A program made the translations under genes and the position numbers. The notes under the pieces were generated by a model, which did not search any database, was not told where the DNA came from, and saw only the letters and a program-made list of their open reading frames with translations. A stretch of DNA of 40,262 bases, from the NCBI GenBank assembly GCA_037446635.1, contig JBBIIG010000038.1:1-40262 (forward strand). Direction: 5' to 3'. Positions 8,137 through 18,107 of this stretch are shown in pieces. Source of the DNA: a bacterium (GTDB taxonomy: Bacteria; Zhuqueibacterota; Zhuqueibacteria; Oceanimicrobiales; Oceanimicrobiaceae). Numbering within the stretch: position 1 is the first letter of the stretch; each line of letters opens with the position of its first letter.

Positions 8137-9150
8137 CTACAACTCCTCACACTTTATCCCCAGTTTGGGGAATATTACTCGTGCCCGTTCCCTTATAGAA
8201 TTGATGAATTGCTGATCGGTCGGCAGATGGATCTCCAGAAACGAACGGAGGTATGCGAGCGTCTCTTCATCTGTCATTGTTTTCCTACTTTTTTTGTACT
8301 CCTTTTGTTGAAACGCTTCTCGAAGGAGGGACCCGATTGCCCGCTCAGCAGAAGTGTTGAAATTTAGGCAAAGGTTTGCAGCAACCACGAGATTCGTGTC
8401 GACAGGTGTAATTCTAGATCCTGCGTCCATGCCAATTCGAACCGCGAAGGTGACTTCCTGCTCTTTGCTAATGGCTTTTGGATGAAAGTAGGAAACACAA
8501 TATGGCATCAAGTCGGCAAGTTTAATCTGCCGTGTAGACAGGGCGGTTGGTCCCGGACAATCCGGACAACTTACTTGCATGGCGTTCAGAGCAGCATGGA
8601 GGCCGGGCATCAGTATTCTCAACACCAAAGGATCAGAAAAAAACTCTCGGCAATAACGTTCTTTGAGACTGGGAAACTCCTCCTGTGGAATCACTCCGTT
8701 TTTCTGGGCCGAGAAATTAAGTACCAGGCTTCGCACTTCGCCTTCATCATCGTATAAATACGAAACTTTCGTGGGTCCAACGAAATTTACGAAATAGTGA
8801 TTCGTTAGTGGCAGTACCAAAGCACGTTTTTCGATTAATACTCTCGAAACAGCCAACGCCAGTGAATCAGCTGCAAGCTCCGATTCCGGCAAGGAATCAA
8901 CAATGTCGAGTGTAACCCTCTCATCGCCGCCGAACGCGTCTTTAAGAACTCGGTCTTTCAACTGCCACATATAGATCTTGATAGTGGAACAAAGAATGGG
9001 CTGAACGTCAGTTTCCCAGTTCAGAGTTCGAGTGGATTGAATCGGCTTTGTTACATTTTGCCCTTCATAGGCCAACAAGAAACTCACTAAAAAGGAAACG
9101 CTCAAAATAATCGTCCCAGCGATTTGCCGATCCCATTTGTTCTTTTTCAT
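8137..9150 (-). CDS. Hypothetical exported or membrane-anchored protein
   Basis: 337-aa ORF, GAGG(T) RBS, N-terminal hydrophobic segment. Confidence 0.75.
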   Translation of the reverse strand: MKKNKWDRQIAGTIILSVSFLVSFLLAYEGQNVTKPIQSTRTLNWETDVQPILCSTIKIYMWQLKDRVLKDAFGGDERVTLDIVDSLPESELAADSLALAVSRVLIEKRALVLPLTNHYFVNFVGPTKVSYLYDDEGEVRSLVLNFSAQKNGVIPQEEFPSLKERYCREFFSDPLVLRILMPGLHAALNAMQVSCPDCPGPTALSTRQIKLADLMPYCVSYFHPKAISKEQEVTFAVRIGMDAGSRITPVDTNLVVAANLCLNFNTSAERAIGSLLREAFQQKEYKKSRKTMTDEETLAYLRSFLEIHLPTDQQFINSIRERARVIFPKLGIKCEEL

Positions 9151-9189
9151 AGACCACCTCGTAGCTTAATTTGATTTACCGAGTTCCTC

Positions 9190-10119
9190 TCACGCGATCT
9201 CTTGTTTCTTTTCGATTCCTCCTGCGGTTCGCAAAAGGGCTTCTGGGTCCTTCATGGAAACATGATGGTTTCCAACTGATTCGAGGAACAAGCCGTATTC
9301 TCTTTCTGAAAAGAGTTCCAACCGCAGCCATTCGTCGCGATCCCGGTTCTCATTGTGAAAGAAGATAAAAACCGCTGGCTTCGCTGGCTCAGTTTTGGTT
9401 GGCTCATTTGTTTTAACGCTCTGCTCATGCCCGTTAGGCAAATCCCGCACGCAGTAGCGAATGGCGTCCCAGGGGATGAAGATTTCCTCGGTCTTGGAAA
9501 AGGCGCTAGTGAGCACCAGCGAAACCGGGTCAATTCCACGATTGAAAGAGCGCCCGAAATGCGAGCCGGCCTTACCACGAAAGAATATCATAGGGCCGAA
9601 TTGCAAGCCCTGGTCTTGAACGGTTACCTTTGCCTTCTCCTCCGGAAAAACCAGATAACACCGCGCCCCGCCAATGACTTCGTTGTACCGATCAATCCGC
9701 GCTTGGAAAATACCCCTTTGCGCTTCCTCGACGCGAATCTCGGCAGCGGGTTTTTCCAATTCCACGATTACGTAAGGAGAAATCAGCCTCACAAATTCCC
9801 CGTAAGCCGCACGAGCTATAAAACCTCCATCGATGCCTGGGCCCTCGAGCATTTCGATTCGAAAACTGGGCAGAGCCGCATCAGATGCTGGCAGTACGAT
9901 CTTTTTTAGTTTCGCGTAATCAATGACGCGGTATGAGAACAGGCGGTAGCGGTGAACGCGTCGAGTGGTAAAGACCACCCCGGCTCGTGCGGATCGGAAA
10001 ACTCCTTGATCAAGAAACAGCACGACGGCCTCCTCAGGAGCCAACTTAATATGAGAGTGCACGCGCTGGCGCAAGTTTATCGGGATTTCCCCGGCGTAGA
10101 AATTTTTTATCTCATTCAT
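9190..10119 (-). CDS. Hypothetical protein (N-terminus reminiscent of a bacterial PH-like domain)
   Basis: 309-aa ORF with GGAGG RBS; GVVFTTRRV motif. Confidence 0.7.
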   Translation of the reverse strand: MNEIKNFYAGEIPINLRQRVHSHIKLAPEEAVVLFLDQGVFRSARAGVVFTTRRVHRYRLFSYRVIDYAKLKKIVLPASDAALPSFRIEMLEGPGIDGGFIARAAYGEFVRLISPYVIVELEKPAAEIRVEEAQRGIFQARIDRYNEVIGGARCYLVFPEEKAKVTVQDQGLQFGPMIFFRGKAGSHFGRSFNRGIDPVSLVLTSAFSKTEEIFIPWDAIRYCVRDLPNGHEQSVKTNEPTKTEPAKPAVFIFFHNENRDRDEWLRLELFSEREYGLFLESVGNHHVSMKDPEALLRTAGGIEKKQEIA

Positions 10120-10165
10120 GGCTAAGCCTCCATTAATTTAAGACCGAAGCCTGACATGAGCGCAC

Positions 10166-11092
10166 TCAATCAAACCTAAACAAATCTTTGACAGCGAGTT
10201 TTTTCTCTGCGTTCGGCGCCAAATTAATTTTGTAGAGCTTGCCGCCGCGAATAATTCTTTGATTCCGGACAATGAGCAGTATCTCCTCCTCCGAAGTACG
10301 CGAAATTTGCATACAACCCGCAACGGGCGTGATCGCGGCGCCGCGCTGAAAACCCGGCTTGGGAGCGGGGCAGTATTCGTCCTGGGCTGATTCCGGAATC
10401 TCGATGGTCAAAATAGCAACCTGATACGCGCCCGGTTCAAGCTTGATGGTGAGGGGCGTTTCACCCTTGAAGTATTGATCACCAATAATCAACTCTGGCG
10501 TATAAAAATCATACAGCGGATTATTGGCGGAGCCTAAATCATCAGGTCCGATGTAAACCTTTGCGCCGGCGGCGTAGTCGAGCACCAACGTACAGTTCCT
10601 AATCTCCGCAATTTTTTGATGAGCTTCTCTCGCAAAGCGGCTGTCGGGATGTTTCTTGACAAATTCCTCGCAAGCAATCGCGGTTTGACGGGCCTGTGCG
10701 ACTATCCAATCCACTTCATCCGGCAATAGATTGAAAGCCAGCAGCTGGGTTTTGACCTCTTCAAGATGAGAACCCTGTGGGTGGTTGCTGAGAAACATGC
10801 GATAGGCTTCAAGCGTATTTTGCGACTCGGCAATTTTGAAGTCCCGCTCTTCACGCAGCTCTGCTATCTTGGCCTGCGCATCCTTCACGTAATAATTTTT
10901 GGGGTTGTCCTTCACGAATTTCTCATAGAACGCGATCTTTTGCTGAATCTCCGTAGCGGCATTAATTTGCTGCTCACATTTCTGCCACTGTTTCGTTTCT
11001 TTTTTTGTCTGGGAGGATCCAGTAGCGACCAATCCTAACACACTTGCCATCGTAAAGGCAAGCAGCCAAAGTCTGATTCGTTGACATTTCAT
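10166..11092 (-). CDS. Secreted protein with 'Y..F...P....' helical repeats and a PEGA-like domain
   Basis: Signal peptide; YEKFVKDNP / YRMFLSNHPQG / EEFVKKHPDS; GAKVYI...GETPLTIKLEPGAYQV; AGGAGG RBS. Confidence 0.8.
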   Translation of the reverse strand: MKCQRIRLWLLAFTMASVLGLVATGSSQTKKETKQWQKCEQQINAATEIQQKIAFYEKFVKDNPKNYYVKDAQAKIAELREERDFKIAESQNTLEAYRMFLSNHPQGSHLEEVKTQLLAFNLLPDEVDWIVAQARQTAIACEEFVKKHPDSRFAREAHQKIAEIRNCTLVLDYAAGAKVYIGPDDLGSANNPLYDFYTPELIIGDQYFKGETPLTIKLEPGAYQVAILTIEIPESAQDEYCPAPKPGFQRGAAITPVAGCMQISRTSEEEILLIVRNQRIIRGGKLYKINLAPNAEKKLAVKDLFRFD

Positions 11093-11195
11093 AATGCGCC
11101 TCCTTTATCAATTCCATACTATGAAAGTATTTCAAGAGTAAGAGTTTCCGCATTTGCGCCCACGTCCCCTGCTCTGAGAAGCAAACCCGGGGTTG

Positions 11196-14100
11196 TTACT
11201 TCAAAAACAAAAGCCTGCGCGTTTGCACAAACGTCCCGGCTTGCAAGCGATAGAAATAGACGCCGCTGCTCACCTCGCCCGCCGACCACACGCGCTGGTA
11301 ATTTCCCGCCGGCAGTTTTTCGGAAACCAGCGTCGCCACTTCTTCGCCGTGAATGTTGTAAATTTTCAGCGTCGCTTCACAGGCGCGCGGCAGTGAAAAT
11401 TCTATCGTGGTGGTCGGGTTAAACGGATTGGGGTAGTTCTGCCTGAGAACGAATACTTTCGGCAGCTCTGGATCAGAGTTCACGGCCACCACGCCAGCGG
11501 TGGCTGTCGCATCCAAAGAGAGCGCTGAGCGTCCGACCGAGTTGAAGGCGCAGACTCGGTACCAGTAGGGCGTTTGGTTCGTCACCGAGAGATCGTTATA
11601 GCTGGTAGCATTTGCGGCCACGGTTGTGAGCAGTTTGTAGGCGCCGCTGACCCCTTCGCTGCGATAAATTTGATAGCCATCTTCATCCATGGCATTGTCG
11701 GTCCAGGAAAGCTGAATTTCATTTGCCGATAATGTAATGGCCGTCAAGTTGGTTGGCGCTCGCGGTATCGGCAACGAATTGCCGTATTTCAGAATAGAGC
11801 CCCGGCTGCCAACCGCCCAGCCCGAATTCAAGTCTGTGAACACCGCGCTCAACAGCCATGAGCCGACAGGCCAGACCTCTTCGCTCCAGGTGTTGCCGCC
11901 GTCCATCGTCTTCCATATCTTTGAGGTACCGCCGCTTATGTCTATAGTACCAGAGCCATCGATGCTTTTTGAAAGCACGCCCGAAATGGCTCCAATCGCC
12001 CAGCCATGGAGATCATCCACAAAGTAAACGTCTTCAATCCAGCCGGAGAACTCACCGAGGGAAGACCAGGTTGCGCCGCCATCATTTGTTTGCAGGATGC
12101 TGGTTTCACCCACTACCCAGCCGGTGCTGGCATCTTTGAAATAGAGGCTTTCCAACCATTCTGTACAACCGCTGTTTTGTGATAGCCAGCTTTCTCCGCC
12201 GTCGGTGGTTTTCAGAATAGAACCATTCATGCCCACAGCCCAGCCGGTGAGCTTATCGATAAAAAAGACATTCATCAAAGACGTCCCCGGCGGGAGGTTT
12301 TGTGAAATCCATGAATTGCCGCCATCCGTGGTCTTGTGGAGGACTCTGCTCACAGCGCCGCCACCCGCGGCCCAGCCGGTTTTGGCATCGGCAAAAAACA
12401 TCCCGTGGAAGGCATTCGTGGTGGAAGTTGCGACCTGTGTCCAGGAATTACCTCCATTAGTGGTTTTCCAGATCTTGCCGTTACCGAGACAGGCCCAGCC
12501 GGTTTGGGAATCGGCAAAATAGAGGTCGTAGATCGTTAATAAGTTAGGCGTGGATACGATTTGCCAGGTCATGCCTGCATCTGTGGTTTTCAGAAGCGTG
12601 CCATTTGAGCCACCCAACCATCCAATATTAGAATCGAGGAAATGTGCAGCCCACAAGCGGTTCAGGGTTACGAAAGATTGATTGTTCCAGGTTACGCCGC
12701 CATTCGTGGTTTTTAATACAATTCCTCCGTCGCCAACTGCCCAACCCGTTTGGGCATTGGCGAAATGAATCCCGGTCAATTCTTCGGGCATATCCTGGAC
12801 CGACCAGGTAATTCCGCCATCGGTGGTTTTCAGTATCTTCCCCGCGAACATAATATCACATGCAACCCAACCCGTTTGCGCATCTGCAAAGCAAATGGAA
12901 TTCAGGTAGCCATAAATGTGGGTAGAAATGATTTGCCAGCTCTGTCCACCGTCGGTGGTTTTGAGTATTTGGTCGTAGTGCGTGCTGATCCATCCCGTCT
13001 GGCTGTTTAGAAAATACACCGATAATAAATTGTGATGAGTGCCGCTGGTCTGGGGAGTCCAGGTTGTGCCGCCGTTCGTGGTTTTGAGAATAACGCCTTG
13101 TGAGCCTGTTATCCAGCCGGTCTCAGCGTCCACAAAAAAGATGGAGTTCAGGCGTTCGGTTGTGCCGCTTTGCTGGGCATTCCAGGTGAGTCCGCCGTCG
13201 AGAGTTTTGAAAATTGCGCCATTGTCTCCTGCTGCCCATCCCGTTTGTGTATTCACGAACCAGACATCGTACAGATTTTTTTCAAGTTTGGTGACCGCCG
13301 GAGTCCAGGTTGCGCCGCCATCCGTTGTTCTGATCACGGGCCCGATATCATCCCAGGGGTAACCGACTGCCCAACCAATTTGTGCATCAATAAAATAAAC
13401 CGACTGCAAGAAGCTCCAACTTGGTTTTCCGCTATTTTGTTGAGCCCAACTTACACCGCCATCGGTAGTTTTAAAGATCACCGCGCCATCGCCTACTACC
13501 CAGCCGATATTTGCATTTACGAAGTGCACGGATTTGAGGTCGGAAAGGGGCATATAAGGATGTTGTCTAATCCAGGTTCCGGCTGGCTGCGGCTCCACAA
13601 CTTCAATGCTAAAATCTTCCCGGTCGCTGCCACCCCTGCCATCGTTAACGGCCACGGCAGCATTAAATAAACCGGAAAGCTGGGCTGATGGGGACAGTAA
13701 GAGGTTTGCAGTGGCCGTATTGCCCACCTGGGATTGATCGGTGATGGATAAAAACCCGGGGTTCTCCGGTATGCTAAAACTTAGCAGGTCGCCGTCGGCA
13801 TCTGTAGCCGAAAGCGTCAACTGCTTCACGGTACCAGCAGTAATTGTTTGTTCCCCAATTTCCGTCAAATCTGGGGACTGGTTTGGCTGCGTTCCCAGAT
13901 CTACATAGACCTCATTGCTTGGCTCGCTTTCACCGCCATCATAAACCGCCGTAACCTGATAATACAGCCGCGATTCGCTGCGGGCGCTGACGTCATCGTG
14001 AAACGTGGTGGCGCTCGCCTCGGCCGTGCCAATCAGGGCGCCGCTGGTTTTTGGATCGGGCGTTGCAGAGCGGTAGATGTTGTAGTGCTGCAATCCGGCA

Positions 14101-15209
14101 ACCCCGCCTCCGAAATCACCGGTGACCGTGAGCCGATAGGGCGAAGAATTGGGGCCGCCCGGATCGGGATCGTAAATGCTCACGCCAACGTAATAAGCGC
14201 CGGCCGCCAGCGCGGGCTGATCGATGGTTTCATCCACCACGCCAATGTTGAGCGAAGCGTCGATGATTTCAATGAGATCGCCGGTAACTTTTAGCAAAAA
14301 AATATCGAGATCGGAAGATATGCCGGTGAGAGTCAGATTTAAGCCAGCCGATTGCATGGTCACCGCAAACAGGTCTTCCAGATCATCCTCGGCACCGGTA
14401 TCGTACTGGATGACAACCGTGCCTTGATCGCTGATCTCAGCGTTGGCATCCACCACGGCAGGGGAGGGACCGCTCACGATTTGCGCGTGCGAGAAATCGT
14501 TGTTCGGTTCCACTTCGGAAAAATTTAAGGCAGTGAGCGCCGGCGCGGTGAAAGGTTTTTGCGGCGCGCGGGCAAAAGATTTTTTGAAGGTTGAATGAAG
14601 TTTAATCATCGATAGCCGCGAATTCAGAGTCGTCGTTAGCGGCGCGCCGGCCGCCGGCGCATCCCAATTCAACGTCACAATATTTGCGGACAGAGAAGCG
14701 CGCAGGTTGGAAGGAGGATTCCACGTCGCTGGCGGCATATTCACCGGCTGCGCGCTCCACGCGCCGCTTTTGCTGCCGCCGCATTGCAGGTTGGTATAAT
14801 TGAACGTGCCGCTGCAGGATTGGCCGTCGGCGGCAAACGTGCCGGTTAGCGAACCGTTGGAGATGGTAGGGATATTGTAACTGATGGTGAAGCCACCGCC
14901 GGAGATGGTCACCGGAGTGGTTTTGACCGTCACCTTCGAACAGCCACCCACGTTGCGAAACGTGATGCTGAAGGTGTCGATGGTGGTTTGATTCAGCACC
15001 GTAAAACTGATGTCGTTGTCGCCAGTCCAATCCCCCTCCACGATCGAACTGGGGAAAAGAGCTGCGTCCACCGGCAGAGTCAGGATGCTGAGGTGTGTCT
15101 GTTTTATCCCATCAGCATCGGTAATGATGAAAATTTCCTGCGCGAACAGCGAGCTGACGACCAACCAACCCAACAACAGTCCGCCCAAAAGACCCATGAA
15201 TGTTTTCAT
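11196..15209 (-). CDS. Large T9SS type-A-CTD cargo: FN3/PPC-like, cadherin-like, YCF48/BNR beta-propellers, FN3, CTD
   Basis: Start MKTFMGLL at 15209 with GGAGG; about 14 'F.D...GW.VG..G.I.KTTDGG.TW' repeats; C-term LRQNYPNPFNPTTTIEF...SGVYFYRL. Confidence 0.92.
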   Translation of the reverse strand: MKTFMGLLGGLLLGWLVVSSLFAQEIFIITDADGIKQTHLSILTLPVDAALFPSSIVEGDWTGDNDISFTVLNQTTIDTFSITFRNVGGCSKVTVKTTPVTISGGGFTISYNIPTISNGSLTGTFAADGQSCSGTFNYTNLQCGGSKSGAWSAQPVNMPPATWNPPSNLRASLSANIVTLNWDAPAAGAPLTTTLNSRLSMIKLHSTFKKSFARAPQKPFTAPALTALNFSEVEPNNDFSHAQIVSGPSPAVVDANAEISDQGTVVIQYDTGAEDDLEDLFAVTMQSAGLNLTLTGISSDLDIFLLKVTGDLIEIIDASLNIGVVDETIDQPALAAGAYYVGVSIYDPDPGGPNSSPYRLTVTGDFGGGVAGLQHYNIYRSATPDPKTSGALIGTAEASATTFHDDVSARSESRLYYQVTAVYDGGESEPSNEVYVDLGTQPNQSPDLTEIGEQTITAGTVKQLTLSATDADGDLLSFSIPENPGFLSITDQSQVGNTATANLLLSPSAQLSGLFNAAVAVNDGRGGSDREDFSIEVVEPQPAGTWIRQHPYMPLSDLKSVHFVNANIGWVVGDGAVIFKTTDGGVSWAQQNSGKPSWSFLQSVYFIDAQIGWAVGYPWDDIGPVIRTTDGGATWTPAVTKLEKNLYDVWFVNTQTGWAAGDNGAIFKTLDGGLTWNAQQSGTTERLNSIFFVDAETGWITGSQGVILKTTNGGTTWTPQTSGTHHNLLSVYFLNSQTGWISTHYDQILKTTDGGQSWQIISTHIYGYLNSICFADAQTGWVACDIMFAGKILKTTDGGITWSVQDMPEELTGIHFANAQTGWAVGDGGIVLKTTNGGVTWNNQSFVTLNRLWAAHFLDSNIGWLGGSNGTLLKTTDAGMTWQIVSTPNLLTIYDLYFADSQTGWACLGNGKIWKTTNGGNSWTQVATSTTNAFHGMFFADAKTGWAAGGGAVSRVLHKTTDGGNSWISQNLPPGTSLMNVFFIDKLTGWAVGMNGSILKTTDGGESWLSQNSGCTEWLESLYFKDASTGWVVGETSILQTNDGGATWSSLGEFSGWIEDVYFVDDLHGWAIGAISGVLSKSIDGSGTIDISGGTSKIWKTMDGGNTWSEEVWPVGSWLLSAVFTDLNSGWAVGSRGSILKYGNSLPIPRAPTNLTAITLSANEIQLSWTDNAMDEDGYQIYRSEGVSGAYKLLTTVAANATSYNDLSVTNQTPYWYRVCAFNSVGRSALSLDATATAGVVAVNSDPELPKVFVLRQNYPNPFNPTTTIEFSLPRACEATLKIYNIHGEEVATLVSEKLPAGNYQRVWSAGEVSSGVYFYRLQAGTFVQTRRLLFLK

Positions 15210-15486
15210 ACTCCCTCCACAAAGTTGTTCGTGCTTATCTGAAACGGCTTCAAAAATAGGGCATCGTCGTTCTATTGGGATATCTGTTCGCAAATCGGGA
15301 ACTGACTATCTGTGGGAGCGGATCCGCTTCGTGGAAGATTCATTTCAGGTTACCACTTGCGGAGGCCACGCCTTCAGCATTTCTGCGTAAAAAATGCTCA
15401 CAAATACCCATTTATTAATATTGAACGAAACGACAAAAGGCGACATAGTTATTGAATCTTTTTTAAAAATTGATTATGTATGAGCC

Positions 15487-16155
15487 ATGTACAGGTCTCT
15501 CTCCGAGGAACATTGCCCGCTCAGGTTACTGCTGCACCGGGATGATATTTTTTTGTCGGACTTGCCCACCCTTTCCGACCTCGATGACCTGGTTCGGCAA
15601 TATCAAACCGCACCAGAACGGGATCGGCACCTGCTGCGCAAGACCCTCTTTTTTAAACTCAGCCCCTTTTTGCTGAGATCGTTGAGCTGGTACTGCCAGG
15701 CCAGCAATGGCTGCGGCGTGAATTGCCGGGTGGGCGATCTGCTTTCTACGTCCTATCTCGTGTTTGCGCATCTCATCGACGAATTCGATTTTGATCGCCA
15801 TCTCAATTTTTTGGGCTACATTGTGCATGGCCTGTCGTGGGGAATTTTCAACAGCTACATGAAAGAGCGGCATTACCGCGAGCGTCGCATTCTGCTTTCC
15901 GCGAGCGAATCGCTATTGAAAAAAAGCCGCGAGGAAGACGTGGAGGAGAGATGGTTGCGGGATGTGGAGATTGAAGAGCTGTTGGCAAAATTCAAACCCG
16001 CGCTCCGCGAGCTATTTCTTTTGCACTTTTTGTTTGGATACTCGCTGGCGGAACTGGCAGCACTGTTCGACAAAAAGGAAAAGACAATTCAAAAAATTAT
16101 CGAGCGGGCGCGAAAAAGAATTGCGCGGGAGTTTGGAGGAATTGAAAATTGGTGA
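15487..16155 (+). CDS. Sigma-70 family (ECF/SigH-like) RNA polymerase sigma factor
   Basis: Region 2-like DLLSTSYLVF..LIDEFDFDR.LNFLGY; region 4 HTH GYSLAELAALFDKKEKTIQKIIERARKRI. Confidence 0.8.
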   Translation: MYRSLSEEHCPLRLLLHRDDIFLSDLPTLSDLDDLVRQYQTAPERDRHLLRKTLFFKLSPFLLRSLSWYCQASNGCGVNCRVGDLLSTSYLVFAHLIDEFDFDRHLNFLGYIVHGLSWGIFNSYMKERHYRERRILLSASESLLKKSREEDVEERWLRDVEIEELLAKFKPALRELFLLHFLFGYSLAELAALFDKKEKTIQKIIERARKRIAREFGGIENW

Positions 16156-16173
16156 CTTGTAACTGCCAACTGC

Positions 16174-17559
16174 TTACTGCTGATCTTTGATTTTCAGCAA
16201 ATATTCCAGCGCCGCATCGTGCTCGTTGGGAATCTGCCCTTCCAGAATTGCCTCTTCGATCATCTTCTTCAACTTGCCCACCTGCGGGCCGGGCGTGAGT
16301 CCGCACACCTGCATGATCTCATCACCGCGCACCGGCGATTGAAAGGCGGCCAGGCGATCCTTTTCTTCCACCTCTTTTAAGCGGCGCACCACGAAATCAA
16401 AGTTTTGCAGATGCTGCTTCACGCGTTTGGGATTTTGCGAGGTGATGTCGGCTCGGCAGAGAGTGAGGAGATCGTCGAGATGCTCGCCGGCTTGCACCAG
16501 CAGGCGGCGGTACGCGGAATCGGTGACGTCGTCCTCGGTCAGCGCGATGGGCCGCAGGTGCAAGCGCGTGAGCTTTTGAGCATACTGAGTCATCTCGTTG
16601 GGCAGGCGCAGCCGGCGGCCAATGCCCGGCAACATGCGCGCGCCCACTTCTTCGTGATTGTGAAACGTCCAGCCTTTGCCGGGTTTGAATTCTTTGGTGC
16701 GCGGCTTGGCGATGTCGTGCACCAGCGCCGTGTAGCGCAAATGGATGTTCTCCGACATCTCCGCGAGATTGTCCAGCACCTGCAGGGTGTGAAAGAAAAC
16801 GTCTTTGTGGTGGTGAGCGCCAATCTGCTCAACGCCCTTGAGTTCCACTAATTCTGGAAAAATAATTTTTAAAACGCCGGTTTCGTCGAGCAAAAAAAAA
16901 CCGATGGAGGGTTTTGGCGCGGCGAGTATTTTCAGTAGTTCGTCGGTGATTCTTTCTTGAGAAATGATCTTTAAACGCTCAGCGGTTTGCGTGATGCCGG
17001 CTTTGGTATTCGGCTCGATGGTGAAATCCAATTGCGCCGCAAAACGGATAGCGCGCATGATGCGCAGCGGGTCGTCGTTGAAAGTGACGATCGGCTCGAG
17101 CGGCGTGCGAATAATTTTGTTGCGCAAATCCTGCAGGCCGTGAAATGGATCGATGATCGCGCCGAAAGTTGCCTTGTTCAAACTCAGCGCCAGCGTGTTG
17201 ATGGTGAAATCGCGGCGGGCGAGATCGGTGTGCAGATCCGCCGGCGCGACGTCCGGTTTGCGCGAGTCGCCGCGGTAACTCTCGGCGCGCGCGCCGACGA
17301 ATTCCAATTTGTAATCCTCAAACTCCACCAGCGCCGTGCCGAATTTTTCGTAAATGGTCACCCGTTTGGTGCCGAGTTCTCGGGCAACTTTGCGCGCGAA
17401 CTTCGGCCCGTCGCCCACCACCACGAAGTCGATGTCTTTGCCCTCTTTGCCGAGGAGAGCATCGCGCACGTAGCCGCCGACGGCGTAGGCTTCGAGGTTG
17501 GCGAGATCGGCGAGATCGCCGATGGTTTTGAGAAGGGGGTGTGTGCTCTGGCTGACCAT
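16174..17559 (-). CDS. cca: CCA tRNA nucleotidyltransferase with HD domain
   Basis: VGGYVRDALL, DIDF, DLARRDFTIN, DDPLRIMRAIRF, HDIAKP. Confidence 0.93.
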   Translation of the reverse strand: MVSQSTHPLLKTIGDLADLANLEAYAVGGYVRDALLGKEGKDIDFVVVGDGPKFARKVARELGTKRVTIYEKFGTALVEFEDYKLEFVGARAESYRGDSRKPDVAPADLHTDLARRDFTINTLALSLNKATFGAIIDPFHGLQDLRNKIIRTPLEPIVTFNDDPLRIMRAIRFAAQLDFTIEPNTKAGITQTAERLKIISQERITDELLKILAAPKPSIGFFLLDETGVLKIIFPELVELKGVEQIGAHHHKDVFFHTLQVLDNLAEMSENIHLRYTALVHDIAKPRTKEFKPGKGWTFHNHEEVGARMLPGIGRRLRLPNEMTQYAQKLTRLHLRPIALTEDDVTDSAYRRLLVQAGEHLDDLLTLCRADITSQNPKRVKQHLQNFDFVVRRLKEVEEKDRLAAFQSPVRGDEIMQVCGLTPGPQVGKLKKMIEEAILEGQIPNEHDAALEYLLKIKDQQ

Positions 17560-17572
17560 GACTTTGTACGGA

Positions 17573-17597
17573 AGGGGTATAAGGTATAAGGGTATAA
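17573..17597. repeat. Heptamer (AGGTATA)n arm, left
   Basis: AGGGGTATAAGGTATAAGGGTATAA; reverse complement of the arm at 18054-18099. Confidence 0.85.
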
Positions 17598-17602
17598 AAG
17601 CC

Positions 17603-18040
17603 CTATTTCCCGATCTGTTCTTTCACAAAATTAATATAACCATTAAGCGTCCTCTTGGCATCTTCGATCAATATCTTGCCTTCGTCAAATAAATCTTTTC
17701 CAATGTAGTTGAAATCGTGACAACTAATCAAATGGTCTTTCAGTTCATAAAGAGAGCCGCGTGAGATTCTGTAGAATTGAATGCCTTCCTGATAATGAAA
17801 CCTCCCATAACCTTCAGATATATTTGCGGTACAACTTACCGCAGCCTTTCTAATCTGGAAATCCAAATTGAACTTTTCACAGGAAGGCAATTTAGGGAGA
17901 ACTTTTTTGTAAAAAAATATCTTGACATCTCTTGCCTTTTTCCAGGCTTCAAGGGATTCAAAATCCCGGTTGATATCGTATGTTCCTTTTGGTTCATTAA
18001 GAACTAAAATGAAGTCGCCAGCCTCCCGATAGTGTACCAT
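17603..18040 (-). CDS. Four helix bundle protein (23S rRNA IVP-like family)
   Basis: FESLEAWKKA...EKFNL..QIRKAAVSCTANISEGYGR...FYRISRGSLYEL; AGGAG RBS. Confidence 0.93.
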   Translation of the reverse strand: MVHYREAGDFILVLNEPKGTYDINRDFESLEAWKKARDVKIFFYKKVLPKLPSCEKFNLDFQIRKAAVSCTANISEGYGRFHYQEGIQFYRISRGSLYELKDHLISCHDFNYIGKDLFDEGKILIEDAKRTLNGYINFVKEQIGK

Positions 18041-18053
18041 GGATTTCTCCTAC

Positions 18054-18099
18054 TTATACCCTATACCTTATACCTTATACCTTATACCTCTATACCCCT
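18054..18099. repeat. Heptamer (TATACCT)n arm, right
   Basis: TTATACCCTATACCTTATACCTTATACCTTATACCTCTATACCCCT. Confidence 0.85.
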
Positions 18100-18107
18100 G
18101 CGCCCCT

